From an uncultured Gemmatimonadota bacterium (lineage in GTDB: Bacteria; Gemmatimonadota; Gemmatimonadetes; Palauibacterales; Palauibacteraceae): 64,000 bases of DNA. The translations under genes were made by a program, and so were the position numbers. The notes under the pieces are model-generated. The model had not been told where the DNA came from. It searched no databases and saw nothing but the letters and a program-made list of their open reading frames with translations. Positions 1-9,187 of this stretch are shown in pieces (within the stretch, counting starts at the first letter, position 1; each line of letters starts with the position of its first letter). The stretch is from the NCBI GenBank assembly GCA_964480515.1, contig CAYZOT010000004.1, positions 77,020 through 141,019 of the forward strand, written 5' to 3'.

Positions 1-1913
1 TACGGAGACAACTGCAGGGAGAAGATCTTGAGTGGGATCCTTCGATCCCACTTCGTGACGATATTTCCACAGATGAGATTACACCCGGGTGGGTGTGTTA
101 TCACTTTGATGAAAAACTCGGAGAATACCCCTACGTCGGTTTGCTGTGTGGTGGGGAACTTCCTGTCGGGCGCAATGATGTGAAAAATGGCGGATTTGTT
201 TGCTCAGTTTCAGGGAAGCGGCGTGGTAAGGGGTCGAGCCGAGAAGCGTCCCCATACGCAGAGCGTTCGGCCGGCATTCGCGTCGTCATAGGGGAGAATA
301 TCGAGCGCATCTACGGCGAGAACTGTGCAAACATCGGTGTTCTAGCATCAACGGACTTTTCTCTTATTGAAAAGATCAGGAGTGGAGAGGAGATCCCGCT
401 TGAATCTTTTATAGGCAATGCAAGCCAAATTGAACGCGATATCATTGAGCACGGTGGCTTGCTTGAGTATGCAGTAGCACGACTCAAAGGCCTCGTGACG
501 GTACCGGAGATTGTGGTTGATCTAGATCGGCCAGAGACGATTGCCGAAAAGATCATGGCGCGACACTGGTTGAAAGACGGGGCCGGTGCAGAGCTCGGAG
601 TTCCAAGGATACAGCCAGGTGACACGGGCTTTTTGCGAACGGATCTTCGCTTTTCACATGAGTATGTGACCCCCATGGCTTCAACCTTCTGGCAGGATTT
701 CGCGGGTGAAGCAGATCTGAACGACACAGATTCAATTCTGTTCTTTCGTGACCACCTAGCTTTTTTAGATGAAGTGATCACAGAGGATCGCAAAGCCGCT
801 GGACTCCTGGATGCGGCGCACGCACTCCATGACTGTCAACGCGAGTTTGCGGCGGCCAAGGGTGTCCGTTTACACGGCGAACTCCCGGATCGTACGGGGA
901 GCGATGGGATCTGCCACATTATGATCCAGGATCGATACGCCTTCCCTGGCCAGGTCATCATCGGTAGCGACTCACACACTCCGCACGTCGGAGCGCTCGG
1001 GTGTCTCGCGTTCGGTGTGGGCACTTCTGCAATCGTCAATGCGTGGGCAACTAAGGATGTGCGGCTGGAAGTGCCCGAGTCCCTTCGCATCGAGATTACG
1101 GGAGATCTCCAGCCTAGTGTCACAGCCAAGGACTTAATGATCGAGATTCTGCGACACCCCACAGTGAAGAGTGGAGAGGCGATCGGCCGCATTATTGAAT
1201 ACACGGGCTCAACCGTTACGGGGCTAACGATGGACGAGCGCGTTACGCTCACGAACATGGCAGCCGAAGTCGGGGGTTTCACTGGAATCATAGCACCCGA
1301 TGAGAAAACTGTTTCTTGGATCTCTGAGAGACGCAGCATTCCGACGGAGGACATTTGGGCCATGTGCGAGGGGCTTGAAAGCGATCCCGACGCGCATTAT
1401 GCGGCCACGATCGAGATCAATGCTGGCCAGGTAGAACCTATGGTTGCGGCACCGGGCGATCCGGGAAACGGTATGCCGATCTCGGAGCTTGGTGAAAATG
1501 TGACAATCGACCTCGTCTTCATTGGGTCGTGTACGGGAGCGAAGCGAGATGACTTTGATATGTACGCGGAGGTCGCCCAGCGAGCGATCGCGGCAGGCCG
1601 CCGAGTGCCCGAGTCCGTTACTGCGTTTGCTCAGTTTGGGTCCATCGACGTTGAAGCGTACTGTGTCGACCGTGGCTACGACAAACTCCTCAACAAAGCC
1701 GGATTTCAGGTCTTAGCTCCCGGCTGTGGGGCCTGTATCAATGCAGGCCCCGGGGTATCGAGCTTGCCGGACCAGGTTACGATCAGCTCGATCAACCGGA
1801 ATTTTCCCGGTCGAAGCGGGCCGGGAAAGGTCTATTTGGCAAGTCCGCTCACATGTATGGCTTCTGCAATCGCAGGGTCTATCACTGCCTACAGGCCAAT
1901 AGGCAACTGGTAA
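1..1913 (+). CDS. aconitase-family hydratase with LeuD-like swivel domain fused N-terminal to a LeuC/aconitase catalytic domain; 5' end probably lies outside the window
   Basis: ORF 93..1913 stays open in-frame back to base 3 with no stop. GSSRE swivel motif, GSDSHT motif and Cys ligand motifs (SCTGAKRDD, CGACINAGPG) typical of aconitase/IPM dehydratase. Confidence 0.7.
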   Translation, partial: RRQLQGEDLEWDPSIPLRDDISTDEITPGWVCYHFDEKLGEYPYVGLLCGGELPVGRNDVKNGGFVCSVSGKRRGKGSSREASPYAERSAGIRVVIGENIERIYGENCANIGVLASTDFSLIEKIRSGEEIPLESFIGNASQIERDIIEHGGLLEYAVARLKGLVTVPEIVVDLDRPETIAEKIMARHWLKDGAGAELGVPRIQPGDTGFLRTDLRFSHEYVTPMASTFWQDFAGEADLNDTDSILFFRDHLAFLDEVITEDRKAAGLLDAAHALHDCQREFAAAKGVRLHGELPDRTGSDGICHIMIQDRYAFPGQVIIGSDSHTPHVGALGCLAFGVGTSAIVNAWATKDVRLEVPESLRIEITGDLQPSVTAKDLMIEILRHPTVKSGEAIGRIIEYTGSTVTGLTMDERVTLTNMAAEVGGFTGIIAPDEKTVSWISERRSIPTEDIWAMCEGLESDPDAHYAATIEINAGQVEPMVAAPGDPGNGMPISELGENVTIDLVFIGSCTGAKRDDFDMYAEVAQRAIAAGRRVPESVTAFAQFGSIDVEAYCVDRGYDKLLNKAGFQVLAPGCGACINAGPGVSSLPDQVTISSINRNFPGRSGPGKVYLASPLTCMASAIAGSITAYRPIGNW

Positions 1914-1952
1914 ACTCGAGCGGCGGCCTTATGCTGCCTCCCCCTGCTTTTG

Positions 1953-4667
1953 TCAGGAAGGTTCAGGTTCCACGCGAACAGGGCACACCTTGAGTTCGGC
2001 GGTGTGGGTCACGGGATCGTAGCCTCCACCAGTGAGGACATTGATCGGGACATCGTCGAAACTGAAGCTTGCAAAAACAGTCCCGAGTGGAGAGCGTTTG
2101 TTGGATTCAACTTTTATCCTGACAGATCCCCGAGGGCTTGTGAGTGTACACCAACCGCCATCTTCAAGCCCCCAGGTTGCGACGTCGCCGGGATTAACCT
2201 CTAGGGTCTCCTCCGATAATAGGTAGTCAATCCCCGCTGACCGCCCGGTTTGAGTTCGGGTGTGATAGGCTGCAAGGCGACGCCCCGTGGTGAGCCACAC
2301 GGGGAACTCTCCTGAGATCGTCTCCGCAGGGTCCCGATATTCGATCATTTGAAAGATTCCACGCCCGTTCTCGAACTCACCCTGGTGAAGGATCGGCGTC
2401 CCGGGGTGCTCTTTGTGAGGAACTGGCCACATGTACTCTCCCTGGTCGATTCGATCCCAATCCAATCCAGCGTAGATCGGCGAAAGTCCGCAAAGTTCAT
2501 TGAACACTTCTTTTGCTGAGTCGAACTCGAAGCCTTCAAGCCCCATACGTTGGGCGATTCGCGAAACAATCCACCAATCTGGCTTTGCCTCACCCGGCGG
2601 GGTCACTGCTTTCCGAAGTCGTTGTACGCGCCGCTCGGTATTAGCGCAGACGCCATCTGTTTCGGCCCATGCTGTCGCTGGAAGCACGACATCGGCGAGC
2701 TTCGCTGTCTCGGTGAGAAAAATGTCAATGACAACAAAATGATCGAGACTTTTGAGTGCGTGTTCACAGTGGTCTCGGTTGGGATCAGTGACAACTGTAT
2801 TCTCACCGTTGATAATCATGGCACGGATTAAGTCTCCGCACATATCCAAAGCCTGGACCTTTGTCGGCCCAAGTTCAAGATCAACTTCTTTTCCATAGGC
2901 TTCTGCGAACTTGGCCTGGTTGGCAGGGTCCAGTACCGATTGGAACCCTGGATAATTGTTGGGTAGTGCTCCGCAGTCTCCTGCCCCTTGGATATTGTTT
3001 TGCCCCCGCATCGGATTAATTCCAGTGCCTTCGCGACCAATGTTTCCCGTGACCAGGGCCAGGTTACAAAGGCTCTGAACGTTATCGACACCGCAAATAT
3101 GTTCGGTAATCCCGAGCGTGTAATAGATGGCACCGCGCTCCGCTGCCCCGTACCATTGTGCAGCCTGTTCGATAAGTTTGGCATCAACTCCAGTGATTGA
3201 TTCAGCCCACTCGGGTGGGTACTCGGCAACATGCTCGAGAAATTCGGTTCCTTCCGTGGTTCGCTCTTCGAGGAATGCCTCATCCACCAATCCATCCCTC
3301 GCGATGACATGAGCCATTGCGAGGAGTAACGAAACATCGGAACCGACTCGTAGTGGCAGGTGGATATCGGCGAGCTCTGCCAACGCAACTTGCCTAGGAT
3401 CAGCCACAATCAGCTTCGCCCCTTTGGCGATAGCACGCTTGATTCGCGTGGCAGCAACGGGGTGGCATTCGGTCATATTTGTCCCAATGCAAAAAATTAC
3501 ATCAGGTTTTTCCATGTCATCGAGTGGGTTCGACATGGCTCCTCGACCGATAGAGGCCGCCAGACCGGCGACCGTAGGGGCGTGTCAGGCACGGCTGCAG
3601 TTATCAATTTGATTGGTTCCGAACCCCCCTCGGATGAACCGTTGCATCATGTAAGCAGCTTCATGCGGAGCCCGCCCGGATGCGATCCCATAGACTGATT
3701 GTCGTCCATGATTTTCGGCGGCCTGCGCGAATCCAGTTGCCGCTCGATCGAGTGCCGTATCCCAATCGGTCTCATGGAGTTCACCGTCGTCACCACGGAC
3801 TAACGGTGCGGCGAGTCGTTCGGGGTGTGAAACAAAATCAAATGCAAACTGTCCTTTGACACATAACGCACCCTTGTTGGCGGGACCATCCATAGCAGGC
3901 AGGATCCCGACGACCTTGTCATCTCGCGTCATAACATCGACGGAGCAACCCACTCCACAATAAGGACACACAGTCCGCGTTTTCTCTGTTTCGCCCGGCA
4001 CATCTTTATTTGCAAGTGCTTTCACATCGGCGAGTGCACCAGTTGGACAGGTTTGTATGCATTGTCCGCAGAATGTGCATGCAGAGTCCTTGAGCAATCC
4101 TTCAAACTCGGTGGTGATTTGCGTCTCGAATCCACGGTTCATCATCGAGATCGCATAGTCTCCTTCCTGTTCCGCGCAGACGCGTACACACCTGTAGCAG
4201 GAGATGCAGTTTTCGTAATCACGCAGGATAAAAGGATTGTCGTCGTCTGGTCGGCTCGTGCCCGACCTGGACCCGGCAAAGCGTTTTGTTCGTGCGTCGT
4301 ACCGATCGAGTAGTGTCGCCATCTCAGCTGACGCATAACCTGATAGTGGATCAACATCGAGATCCCGATTCTCAGACCCAACCATCTCCATCAGTACGCG
4401 ACGGTGCATCTCGAGGCGAGCGGACTTGGTTGTGATTTTCATGCCTGATTGCGCGACAGTCGTACAAGAAGCGACTGGGTTTCGGGCACCTTCAATCTCC
4501 ACGATGCAAAGTCGGCACGCCCCGAGCGGTTCGAGACGTGGATCGTAGCACAGCGTGGGGATTGATTTGCGGTGGCGTTCTGAAACTTCGTAGATGGTTT
4601 CTCCACGAGTCACGGGCACACGTTCGCCATCGAGCGTAATCTTGTAGTCGTATTGATTCCGGTCCAA
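1953..4667 (-). CDS. fdhA: formate dehydrogenase alpha subunit (NuoG-like 2Fe-2S/4Fe-4S N-terminus plus molybdopterin domain), selenocysteine-containing; in-frame TGA at 3585-3587 decoded as Sec; TTG start with GGAGGA SD
   Basis: ORFs 3585..4667 and 1953..3536 are in the same frame, separated only by TGA. Read-through gives ...NCSRA-U-HAPTVAGLAASIGRGAMSN..., matching the conserved Sec context C-A-R-V-U-H-G-P-S-V-A-G of E. coli FdhF. N-terminus has CRLCIVEIEG, CISCYRC, CTFCGQC and CPYCGVGC Fe-S motifs. Confidence 0.85.
3550..3584 (-). other. bacterial SECIS-like hairpin immediately 3' of the Sec UGA of fdhA
   Basis: mRNA reads UGA CAC GCC CCU ACG GUC GCC GGU CUG GCG GCC. A 7-bp stem GGUCGCC/GGCGGCC (one G-U pair) with loop GGUCU starts ~11 nt after the UGA. 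The apical GGUCUG is identical to the E. coli fdhF SECIS apex at the same spacing. Confidence 0.6.
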
Positions 4668-4728
4668 AGTTCCTCCATCGCCGGTGGATCGGGCTAAGGT
4701 GCCCAGTAAAGATGGTGACTATCGGTGT

Positions 4729-4770
4729 GCTACGCACGCGGATCTCGGGCCGCGTGCACCTTTGCGTAGC
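4729..4770 (-). other. intercistronic RNA stem-loop between fdsB stop and fdhA start
   Basis: GCTACGC-ACGCGG ... CCGCGT-(8 nt bulge)-GCGTAGC, an imperfect ~13-bp inverted repeat inside the 176-bp fdsB-fdhA spacer, which also carries an A/T-rich tract. Confidence 0.3.
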
Positions 4771-4843
4771 GTTTTGGCCGCGTCTAAAGCCGAAAAGTCA
4801 TGGGTGTTTTATTAATTTAAAAAGAAAAAAAAGTGGGAGCTTC

Positions 4844-6505
4844 TCATCGATTTTCGACACACGCCGCAACCTGATCAGGGAAGTACCGTAAGAGGCTTTC
4901 AGTGATTAGAGGGGCTGCTTGGCCTAAACCGCAGGCGCTCGTCTGTTTCATAGTTTGACCCAGATCTGTGACTTCGTCGACCCAGTCGCCAAGGTCAGAG
5001 GGCCCACCACCCGAAAGTCGCTCGGTCAGTCGGTGGGTTCCTATGCGACAAGGGAAACATTTCCCACACGACTCCTCAGCGAAGAATTCCATCGCAGCAT
5101 GTGCCACCTCAACCATATCGCGCGAATCATCGAATACCATGATGCCGCCTGCTCCCAGAAACGATCCTTTCGCTCTAATGCTTGATTCGTCGAGAGTGAC
5201 ATCAAGATCGTCTTTTGCGAGAAATCCTCCAGAGAGCCCTGCCATGGTCACCGCTTGGATATCTCGATTGCCCGGTGCACCTCCTGCCCAGTCCTGAAGC
5301 AACACTTGAAGTGGGAAGCCAAGCGGGACTTCATAGTTCCCCGGTCGCCTGATGTCGCCGGAAAGGCTGATGACTTTAGTCCCGGCGTGATCGCCTATGG
5401 CTAGGTTTCGGTACCAATCCGGTCCCTTGCTGAGAATATGGGGGATCGAAGCAAGCGTCTCCACGTTGTTAACTACAGTAGGGAGATTCTCATACCCGTG
5501 GGTTACCGGGAATGGAGGACGGTTGCGTGGGAAAGGGTGTTTACCTTCGAGGCTGTTAAGCAGAGAAGTCTCTTCCCCACAAATGTATGCTCCTGCGCCT
5601 CGTCGTACCCACAGATTGAATGGGCGGCCCGGCCCGAACGCCTCACTGCCCAGCAATCCTTGAGCCTGGGCTTCTTCGATCGCACGCTCCAGAATGTTCT
5701 GCGTCTCAGGGTACTCGTAGCGTAAATAGATGAACCCTCGGGTGGCCCCGGTTGCGAAACCAGCTGCCAACATGCCCTCAATTACTGCGTGAGGATCATA
5801 GTCCATCAGTGTCCGATCCTTGAAGCAGCCGGGCTCGCCCTCGTCGGCATTACATACAATCGTCTTGGGTTCCCCCTCGGCTTCGGCAACGGCCCTCCAC
5901 TTTCTTCCAGTTGGGAATCCTGCTCCCCCTCGGCCCGCGAGCCCGCTGGCGTCAATTGATTCAAGAAGATCTTGAGGAGAACCTGTAAGGGCGCGGGTCA
6001 GCCCATCATAACCGCCCGTCTCACGATACCCAGCGAGCCCGGCCCGTCCAGGTGTTCTGATTTGGGCGAAAACACACTCTTCTATTTCGTCGGGGCTTTC
6101 CGGTGGAAGGGGTGAATCGACATTTGTGAGAGTCGCCGGAGTGTCACCACAAAGTATTGTGTCGCCATCAAGGACGGGAACGGGTTGGTCGCAGCGACCT
6201 GGGCAGGGCATCGTGGTAGCACCATCTAGCCCATCTACAATCTCTTGAGCTCCGCGTAACGCACAGATTGGCCCGACACAGACCCGTGGTTTCTCCCGTC
6301 CTCCAGGTGTTCGGGCGAAGTGATGGTAAAATGTTACCGTTCCAAACAGGTCTGCAATTGGGATCCCGAGATCAGCTGAGATTGCCCGAAGGGTTTTCTC
6401 AGATAGATACCCATCGCATTGGTGAAACGCGTGTAGCAACGGAAGTAGTGGGGCAGGCTCGTCGCGCCAGGCGGCCAGCAGTTCCCCATCAGAAGGCCTC
6501 TTCAT
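4844..6505 (-). CDS. fdsB: formate dehydrogenase beta subunit (NuoF-like NAD(H)/FMN/4Fe-4S) with fused NuoE-like 2Fe-2S N-terminal domain
   Basis: GRGGAGFPTGRKW FMN/NADH motif, CGKCFPCRIG 4Fe-4S motif, N-terminal thioredoxin-like 2Fe-2S Cys pattern. Directly upstream of fdhA on the same strand. Confidence 0.8.
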   Translation of the reverse strand: MKRPSDGELLAAWRDEPAPLLPLLHAFHQCDGYLSEKTLRAISADLGIPIADLFGTVTFYHHFARTPGGREKPRVCVGPICALRGAQEIVDGLDGATTMPCPGRCDQPVPVLDGDTILCGDTPATLTNVDSPLPPESPDEIEECVFAQIRTPGRAGLAGYRETGGYDGLTRALTGSPQDLLESIDASGLAGRGGAGFPTGRKWRAVAEAEGEPKTIVCNADEGEPGCFKDRTLMDYDPHAVIEGMLAAGFATGATRGFIYLRYEYPETQNILERAIEEAQAQGLLGSEAFGPGRPFNLWVRRGAGAYICGEETSLLNSLEGKHPFPRNRPPFPVTHGYENLPTVVNNVETLASIPHILSKGPDWYRNLAIGDHAGTKVISLSGDIRRPGNYEVPLGFPLQVLLQDWAGGAPGNRDIQAVTMAGLSGGFLAKDDLDVTLDESSIRAKGSFLGAGGIMVFDDSRDMVEVAHAAMEFFAEESCGKCFPCRIGTHRLTERLSGGGPSDLGDWVDEVTDLGQTMKQTSACGLGQAAPLITESLLRYFPDQVAACVENR

Positions 6506-6589
6506 GTCGGATAGTTACGGGGAGAGGCCTGTGCCGGCAACGACAACTCACATCTCGACGCACTCGCGGGGACGTGTGTAACTTCGAGT

Positions 6590-7429
6590 ATGATCTCTCC
6601 TCGTCGCAGCATGGTGCGCATAGACGTCAATCGTTTTGCTGGAAAATCATCCCGCAATCGCCGAGATGCGGTAGCGGTTGAGGAACCACTCGAGATCCGA
6701 TTGGCTACACCGCAAGGTGACGAGCACCAGGTAGCCGTTACGATGCGTACCCCAGGCGACGACTTTGACCTTACCGCCGGATTCCTCTTCTCGGAAGGTT
6801 TGATTCAACGGCGGTCCGATGTTTTGGATCTTCGATACTGCACCAATGTTGATGTCCAGGAATACAATGTTATGACTGTGCAGCTAAGTGAGGGTACGAG
6901 CTTCAACCCCACTGATCTGACTCGAAACTTTTATACCACCTCGAGCTGCGGAGTATGCGGAAAGGCGTCACTAGAGGCGATCGAGATACAAGGGTGCACG
7001 CCTCTTCTTGAGGATGGGCTTGTGATTAAGAGTCAGGTGATCCGAACGTTACCAAGCGTGCTTCGAGAAGGGCAACAAATATTTGAACGTACCGGAGGCC
7101 TCCACGCAGCGGGGTTGTTCAACGTTGACGGAGATCTCCAAATCCTCCGTGAGGATGTGGGTCGACACAACGCGCTCGATAAAGTGATTGGGAACCGGTT
7201 TCTAGAAGACGGTTTGCCGCTTAAAGGATCGGTTCTCGCGGTCAGTGGTCGAGCTTCATTCGAGATTATGCAAAAAGCTCTGATGGCAGGTGTTGCTGTG
7301 ATTGTAGCAGTCGGCGCTCCCTCGAGCCTTGCGGTGGATGTGGCGAGCGAGTTCGGTATGACCCTAGTTGGGTTTACCAAAGAGGCGGGGTTTAATGTTT
7401 ATGCTGGAACCTCGCGCGTCTCCTTGTGA
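6590..7429 (+). CDS. fdhD: formate dehydrogenase accessory sulfurtransferase FdhD
   Basis: SSCGVCGK active-site motif and size (279 aa). Divergently placed next to the fds operon. Confidence 0.8.
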   Translation: MISPRRSMVRIDVNRFAGKSSRNRRDAVAVEEPLEIRLATPQGDEHQVAVTMRTPGDDFDLTAGFLFSEGLIQRRSDVLDLRYCTNVDVQEYNVMTVQLSEGTSFNPTDLTRNFYTTSSCGVCGKASLEAIEIQGCTPLLEDGLVIKSQVIRTLPSVLREGQQIFERTGGLHAAGLFNVDGDLQILREDVGRHNALDKVIGNRFLEDGLPLKGSVLAVSGRASFEIMQKALMAGVAVIVAVGAPSSLAVDVASEFGMTLVGFTKEAGFNVYAGTSRVSL

Positions 7430-7460
7430 TCAATAATTGTGTCTCGTATCCCTCAGAGCC

Positions 7461-8936
7461 TTACGCGGGCCATGCACGACCGACTCGCAAAGCCATTTCG
7501 ATCAGCGACTTTTTCCACCCTGTTAGTTGTGACTTTCGATAGGTGTCGGCTGTACGACGGATTCCTTCGCTCATTGTCGGATACGGATGCACCAAGGAAG
7601 AAATTGATCCGAGTCTTACACCTGCCTCCATGGCTAAAGCGATTTCGGAAATCATTGTGCCGGCGTTTGGCCCCAGAATATGACCGCCGAGGATTCTGCC
7701 TCCTCTACGGGTGACAATCTTTACACAGCCGACAGGTGCTCGATCAACGATCGCACGATCCAAATCGGCCAGGTCATACAAATGGACTGAGACTTCGGAA
7801 CCGTATCGATTCCTAGCCTCGTGTTCCGTCATTCCGACGTGAGCAAGCTCAGGATCTGTAAATGTGCACCATGGTATCACGTCATATTTAATGTTAGTCC
7901 GAACAGGGAAGAGTGCATTTTGGACAACCGTACGCGCTTGGTGGTCGGCAACGTGTGTAAAGAGAAAACGACCTGTCACATCGCCCGCTCCAAAAACGTG
8001 TTTTTCTGACGTGCGGAGTTTTGAATCGACCGTTAGCCAGCCGTTCTCAGTCTTGATCCCCACAGTCTCAAGTCCAAGGTCTTCCGTATTTGGTAGACGT
8101 CCGGTCGCGACCAGTAGCTCATCTACCTCTAGGATTTCTGTTTTTTGTGACCCAACATCTGCATCAGTCAGCTCAGGGGTTGCAGTTTTTATTGTAATGC
8201 TTCGTTGAGTCCCCCGTCGGTCCACCCGCGTGACAATGCGTCCCGTGAGAATGCGGATTCCCTCTTGTTTTAGTTGTTTGGTAAGGTGCTCGGCAAGTTC
8301 GGGTTCTTCCCGCATCATGATGCGATCTAGCGTCTCTATTATTGTTACGTCGCTGCCCAACCGTTGGAATGCTTGAGCGAGTTCGACCCCAATAGGTCCT
8401 CCGCCGATTACAGCCAATGTTGTGGGGATGGTATCACGATCAAATGCTTCCGCATGCGTAAAATATCCTGCTCCCGCTAGCCCTTCGATTGGCGGCACGG
8501 CAGGTCGGGATCCAGTGGCGATCAGAAACCGACGGCCACGGATCCTCTGATCCCCGACTTCTACTTCATGGGGGGTTACGAAGCGAGCTGACCCCTCAAC
8601 AACGTTGACTCCCATAGCGCGAAAGCGTTCGGGGTCATCGTGTGCCTGTATTTGCGCTCGAATATTTCGAACACTTTCCATTACATCGCGACCGTGAAGG
8701 CCAACTGTGACCGCCGGGAGCCCAAATACCTCTGCTTCACGAAAGTGTTTAGCCAAGCGTGCCGAAGCGATAAGCGCCTTCGAAGGCACGCATCCAGTCC
8801 ACAAACAGTCACCACCTAGGCGATCTCGTTCAATGAGAGCAACGTTTGCCCCTAAGCCTGAGGAACCTGCAGCCGTTACTAGCCCTGCGGGCCCCCCTCC
8901 GATCACAACTATGTCATACAAATCTTGTCTTCCCAA
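7461..8936 (-). CDS. FAD-dependent pyridine nucleotide-disulfide oxidoreductase (dihydrolipoamide dehydrogenase/mercuric reductase family)
   Basis: GGGPAG dinucleotide motif, redox-active GGDCLWTGCVPSK disulfide motif, C-terminal dimerisation domain. Confidence 0.7.
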   Translation of the reverse strand: MGRQDLYDIVVIGGGPAGLVTAAGSSGLGANVALIERDRLGGDCLWTGCVPSKALIASARLAKHFREAEVFGLPAVTVGLHGRDVMESVRNIRAQIQAHDDPERFRAMGVNVVEGSARFVTPHEVEVGDQRIRGRRFLIATGSRPAVPPIEGLAGAGYFTHAEAFDRDTIPTTLAVIGGGPIGVELAQAFQRLGSDVTIIETLDRIMMREEPELAEHLTKQLKQEGIRILTGRIVTRVDRRGTQRSITIKTATPELTDADVGSQKTEILEVDELLVATGRLPNTEDLGLETVGIKTENGWLTVDSKLRTSEKHVFGAGDVTGRFLFTHVADHQARTVVQNALFPVRTNIKYDVIPWCTFTDPELAHVGMTEHEARNRYGSEVSVHLYDLADLDRAIVDRAPVGCVKIVTRRGGRILGGHILGPNAGTMISEIALAMEAGVRLGSISSLVHPYPTMSEGIRRTADTYRKSQLTGWKKSLIEMALRVGRAWPA

Positions 8937-9187
8937 GCCGGCTTTCTCCGTGTTTGTGATTTAGGCTGTTGATGAGCCGATGGCGTCTCGTTTCCCCGAC
9001 GGCACCTCGACCCTTCAGGCCATTGTAAGGTGAACTGGGCTGCCTTGGCCCGCGATAGGGCTTATGATCAGGGAGCGAAATTTCTTGAGTTCATCCAAAG
9101 AGGAGGAGAGGGCTATAATCTCCGAGAGATTGAACTGACACCTTGGTTTGCTTGCCCGAAACTGTGAACTTTGCTTAGCTTTGAGTC

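Noticed and set aside
311-1363. Antisense ORFs inside the aconitase-family gene (311..793, 553..735, 836..1363 minus strand), and similar nested ORFs elsewhere (e.g. 2828..3409, 4968..5297, 7033..7380, 12267..12617)
   Set aside because: They are fully embedded in strongly supported genes on the opposite strand or in other frames and have Ser/Arg/Pro-rich low-complexity translations typical of high-GC antisense frames. Considered spurious.
1953-4667. fdhA as a disrupted pseudogene (two ORFs split by a stop)
   Set aside because: The single interrupting codon is TGA, located exactly at the conserved Sec position (CSRA-U-HAPTVAG), and followed by a SECIS-like hairpin. A recoded selenoprotein is far more likely.
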